In this document: one piece after another, positions 60,297 to 64,000 of the stretch
How the letters are laid out: each line of letters begins with the position of its first letter
Numbering within the stretch: position 1 is the stretch's first letter
NCBI GenBank assembly: GCA_020137815.1
Contig: CM035359.1
Span: 2,542,001-2,606,000, forward strand
Reading direction: 5' to 3'
Length of the DNA stretch: 64,000 bases
DNA from: Hormiphora californensis
Lineage: Eukaryota > Animalia > Ctenophora
Notes under the pieces: generated by a model
Told to the model about the DNA's origin: nothing
Database searches by the model: none
The model's input: the letters and a program-made list of their open reading frames with translations, nothing else
Program-made: the position numbers and the translations under genes

Positions 60297-63200
60297 TGCT
60301 AGTTACTATACGTCATAGGGGAGTATAATAAAAGTCGGTAAATCCGAAGCAAGGCTAAGAAAAAGTAGAAAAATACTGGGACAGTAAATTCTAAGACAGT
60401 AAATACTAGGACAGCAAATTTTCAAATAGCAAATATGTACTAGGACAGCAAATTCTAAGAAGATCAAGAAATGAAGTTAAAAGCTAGGATGAGCTATGAT
60501 GAGAAAACCGTTATTTCTAAATTCCGAGAAATACAAACTAAACTACTTGGCAAGTGGTCTGACGTGAGTTTACATTAAATATATAGCCTACATAAACAAA
60601 CACGTCACAGAGAGAGAGAGAGAGAGAGAGAGAGTGCCATCAGATGTCACAGACTGCAGTCCCTGCTTGTTGAGATCAAGACATTTTGATTTCCTATCAA
60701 TATATAGCCATCTAGATCAGAGAGAGGAAAGGGGCCATCTAGATCTATAGTATAGCTGTACAACAGACAGAATCACCTAGCTATTCCTAGAATCGTACGA
60801 GGGACAGAAAGAGAGGGAAAGAGAGATAGAGACTAGAGAGGGACAGAAAGAGATAGAGACTATAGAGGGACAGAAAGAGAGGGAAAGAGAGAGCTATGGA
60901 TTGCCATGTACTGCTCTCTCCTAGACAGATCATCGCGAGTAGAATATACTATTTATACAGACATTGAAGGAAGGGTAGAAAATTACTATTAGAAACAGGA
61001 ACAGAGAGTACAGATAGGCTCAGACCTGTAGGTAAATTTGACGGTAGGGTAAAGAAAGTACTGCAGAAGGGATTATTTCAAACCCTTTTTTTTTCGGAGA
61101 AACAGAGTTGAGCAAGGCAAAGAAAAATGGGTCAAGGGAAAACTCCTTCAGAAAGGTCGAAAGGATGTGGGTGGGCGGTACATTTGAACTCGCAAAGAAA
61201 GGATGGGATGTAGGAGACAATATTCTTGAAACTATATAGTGAACCAGTAAGGATTGAATCGTTAAGATACCCCTTTCCTCTCTGGTCCACTTCCTCGGGG
61301 CCACTTCATTGGAATGACAAATTAGTCAACTCAACAATGGGCAAATTACCGCTAGATATATTGTTAAATACCCACCACATCATGTGTTCAACAACACGAG
61401 AACTATTCATCCCAGCCTAGCTTTTATTTGAATATTGTGTACAGTGGTGTACAGAGAACTATAATATCAAACAAAACATACATATCTTAGCATGCTGAAC
61501 ATGCCAGTAATTTAAAAGAAATGAATCTAATATATTGGTCTAGACAAGGTTGCTGTGAAAGAACGGTACCAGATAGAGCAAGAATATCCAAGAAAGATAC
61601 TGAAACCAACCGTTGTCTCTCATGGCACTGTAAGCCTTCATTGTCCACATTGGATGACCAGCTAGTACATCTAAAGAGCGAAAGCAATAATAATTTGCAA
61701 GAGAGATTACCACCACTAGTAATGTATAATATCAAAACTACACCAAGCGTGTCAAGACCGTGTGTACAACAGGTCTGCACTTCAGCAGCAGTAATATGGC
61801 ATACTCATGGTGCTTTATAATTATAGTTCATTATATAGAAGGGTACATATGCGTGTCACAGTGTCATAAAGGATCCAGGATATAAAATATGTGAGTGTTC
61901 GTGAGAATATAATATATGTTACATAAAAAGGAGACACAATGGAACATCAAACATTGTGTCCTGTATATAGAATAGTTGCAGTTGCAACTCCATGGAGTTG
62001 GAGAGGTGTATTATAATAGTCCAACTCCATACTGAAACACGCATAGAACACTGTTGGAGTTACATACTGAAACTTCCCCCACACGAGACAAAGAGAGGAT
62101 CATGGATTACTGCAAATGGTTGTGAAGAATGGGAAATAAAACAGTACACACTATGTACAATTCTCTATTATAGAGAACCATTTGCCTGGCTAGACTGTGT
62201 TTCGGGCGCCCCGTAAAGGTAGGGTTAGAACATAACAAAGAACCAACACGTGTTACTGAGATTCCGATTTGGCTGATTAAATGTCCTCGGTATCTCGGTA
62301 TTTTCCTGCATCATCTTTCCTGAATGTGATTATACGTTTCCTGTTATATCTTCTTTTCTCGCTGCGCCTACACCAATCATGCATCTATTTAAAGGGGGAT
62401 CTACTTATCATCTATGAATTTCAATTGGATAATTGTGGTATGGATGAAGGGCGTGATACCTTGCATTCTAATGACATGGGCGTGTGCTGATGGGAGAGAG
62501 AGCTTGATTACATTGGGTCGAGCTAGAGTACGACAATCTTTATTCTCTTCTCTTAATTCTCTCTCTCACTCTCTCTTTGGCAACACCCATGACATGCAGC
62601 TTGTTGCCTCGACGGGGGGCTCTTTAGTGTTAATAATGTGTACTTGTTGATACTAGACTTTTCTCTATCGAGAATTTTTAGGTACTAATTTAGGTATTTG
62701 GGACTCAGCAGTAGTGTCCACTTGTCTATCGTGTCTCTCGAGCTATACATTCTTTCTGCAAGTGTCTATCTTCTATCGTTTCTCTCTCCCTATCTTTTCT
62801 GCAAGTATCTCCTCTTCTTAATTAGCTCTACATTTCCTGTATCCTATAACTGGGTGTTTCGCTAGTATACACACACAGCTGGTGTAAAGTGTAGGAAACA
62901 GGTGCAGTGCTGATCCTTGTATCTCGAGGCAGCTCTTCATCTCTCTCGGTATCTAACAATTCAATTCTCTGTATCTTGGATGATTGGTTTCGTTGCTGGT
63001 CAAGACTCAAGAACGTTCTCGACTTGAGACATTTGATATGTTTTCAAAACTCCAGTGGTCATGTTTTAAACAGCGGACCTGTTTAACTTGAAAACTGGTG
63101 AAACGGCTGTCTGTAATCAAATAGATCTGTGAAAGTGAAACATATATTCGAGTAGTTGGTAGTTCGGCTGGTAAAATTTACTTGAAATCAGTTCATATCT

Positions 63201-64000
63201 TCACTCATATAAACTAAACTAATTTCATTTTGCTGATATGATCTCAATATCAAAGACTAAGACTATGTATTACATAGTCTTAGTCTTTGATATATAGTAT
63301 GTAATTACACATCATGAGGGTCCCTCCGTTTATTACTTCTACTTCCATCTCAAAAGATAGATCTGTCCTTTGACCACATGCAAGTCAATTTCTGGCAAAG
63401 TTCCAACATCTGTTGTGCTTCATCGCTCCTTCTACAATAGTTCTATAACGAGCTCAAATAATTAAAACTCGACTCTACTGTCCTTTTGTGTGTACAGTTT
63501 GCATTCTTGAAACGATTTGCATTCGATCGAAATCTAAGCGTTTGTCGAACTAAAATTCTTGCATAACTTTTAGTTTTGTTTGTGACGTTCCATCATTGTC
63601 TTTATCGCCATAACATCTCACGGCTGATCTAACACAAAGGTTCTGTCTGCTTCACACTCTATTCAATTCATCGGTTTCATTTCCTTCTACAACACACAGT
63701 GAATGCATGAGCTATACGACCAGCCACATGTACACATTGTACTACCACTGTTATCAGGTTAACACGTGATATAGTTAGTACCAACATTGCACCGTAGGCA
63801 TGAATAGATTCCTTGTTCTGTTCTTCTTTTGTACCTCTGACCTCAACCTCCTTCATTCAGCTCTAAGGCTTTGAACAGTCACCATTTCCTCCACTTCACT
63901 GAGTCTGAACAAGGGCAGCTCGTCTACTTGTTATGAGCATTGAGCGGTTACAGCTGTTTCAATGGACTAGTATCTAGTGCTCTGCTTGTTATAAATCACC

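Noticed and set aside
61000-64000. Coding-like minus-strand fragments near the window end
   Set aside because: Frames break repeatedly and no family could be recognised by eye; needs a translated search.

Overview
Eukaryotic (animal) genomic DNA, most likely from a ctenophore of the Pleurobrachia type. That assignment is inferred from recalled repeat families, the LDLa-GPCR type and the nested-gene layout, and is not verified. The + strand carries about 40 exons of a conventional beta-spectrin, from repeat 4 through repeat 17, the PH domain and a basic C-terminus (989-49180; 5' part lies upstream of the window). Its introns hold antisense passengers: a small secreted TSP1 gene, a transposon-disrupted LDLa-repeat GPCR, an intact R4/Dong-like RLE retrotransposon inserted in a (GA)n tract with an HDV-like ribozyme fold at its 5' end, and four tandem F-type-lectin/F5-8C genes with variable loops. 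Downstream are a ~5.9 kb single low-complexity exon (alternative spectrin tail or separate gene), a fifth lectin-like gene and a small Pro/RGG-rich membrane protein gene. MITEs, Helitron/Helentron-like elements and minisatellites are abundant, and many splice sites are locally duplicated. The stretch ~20080-22900 looks like error-rich assembly. All gene models were read by eye.
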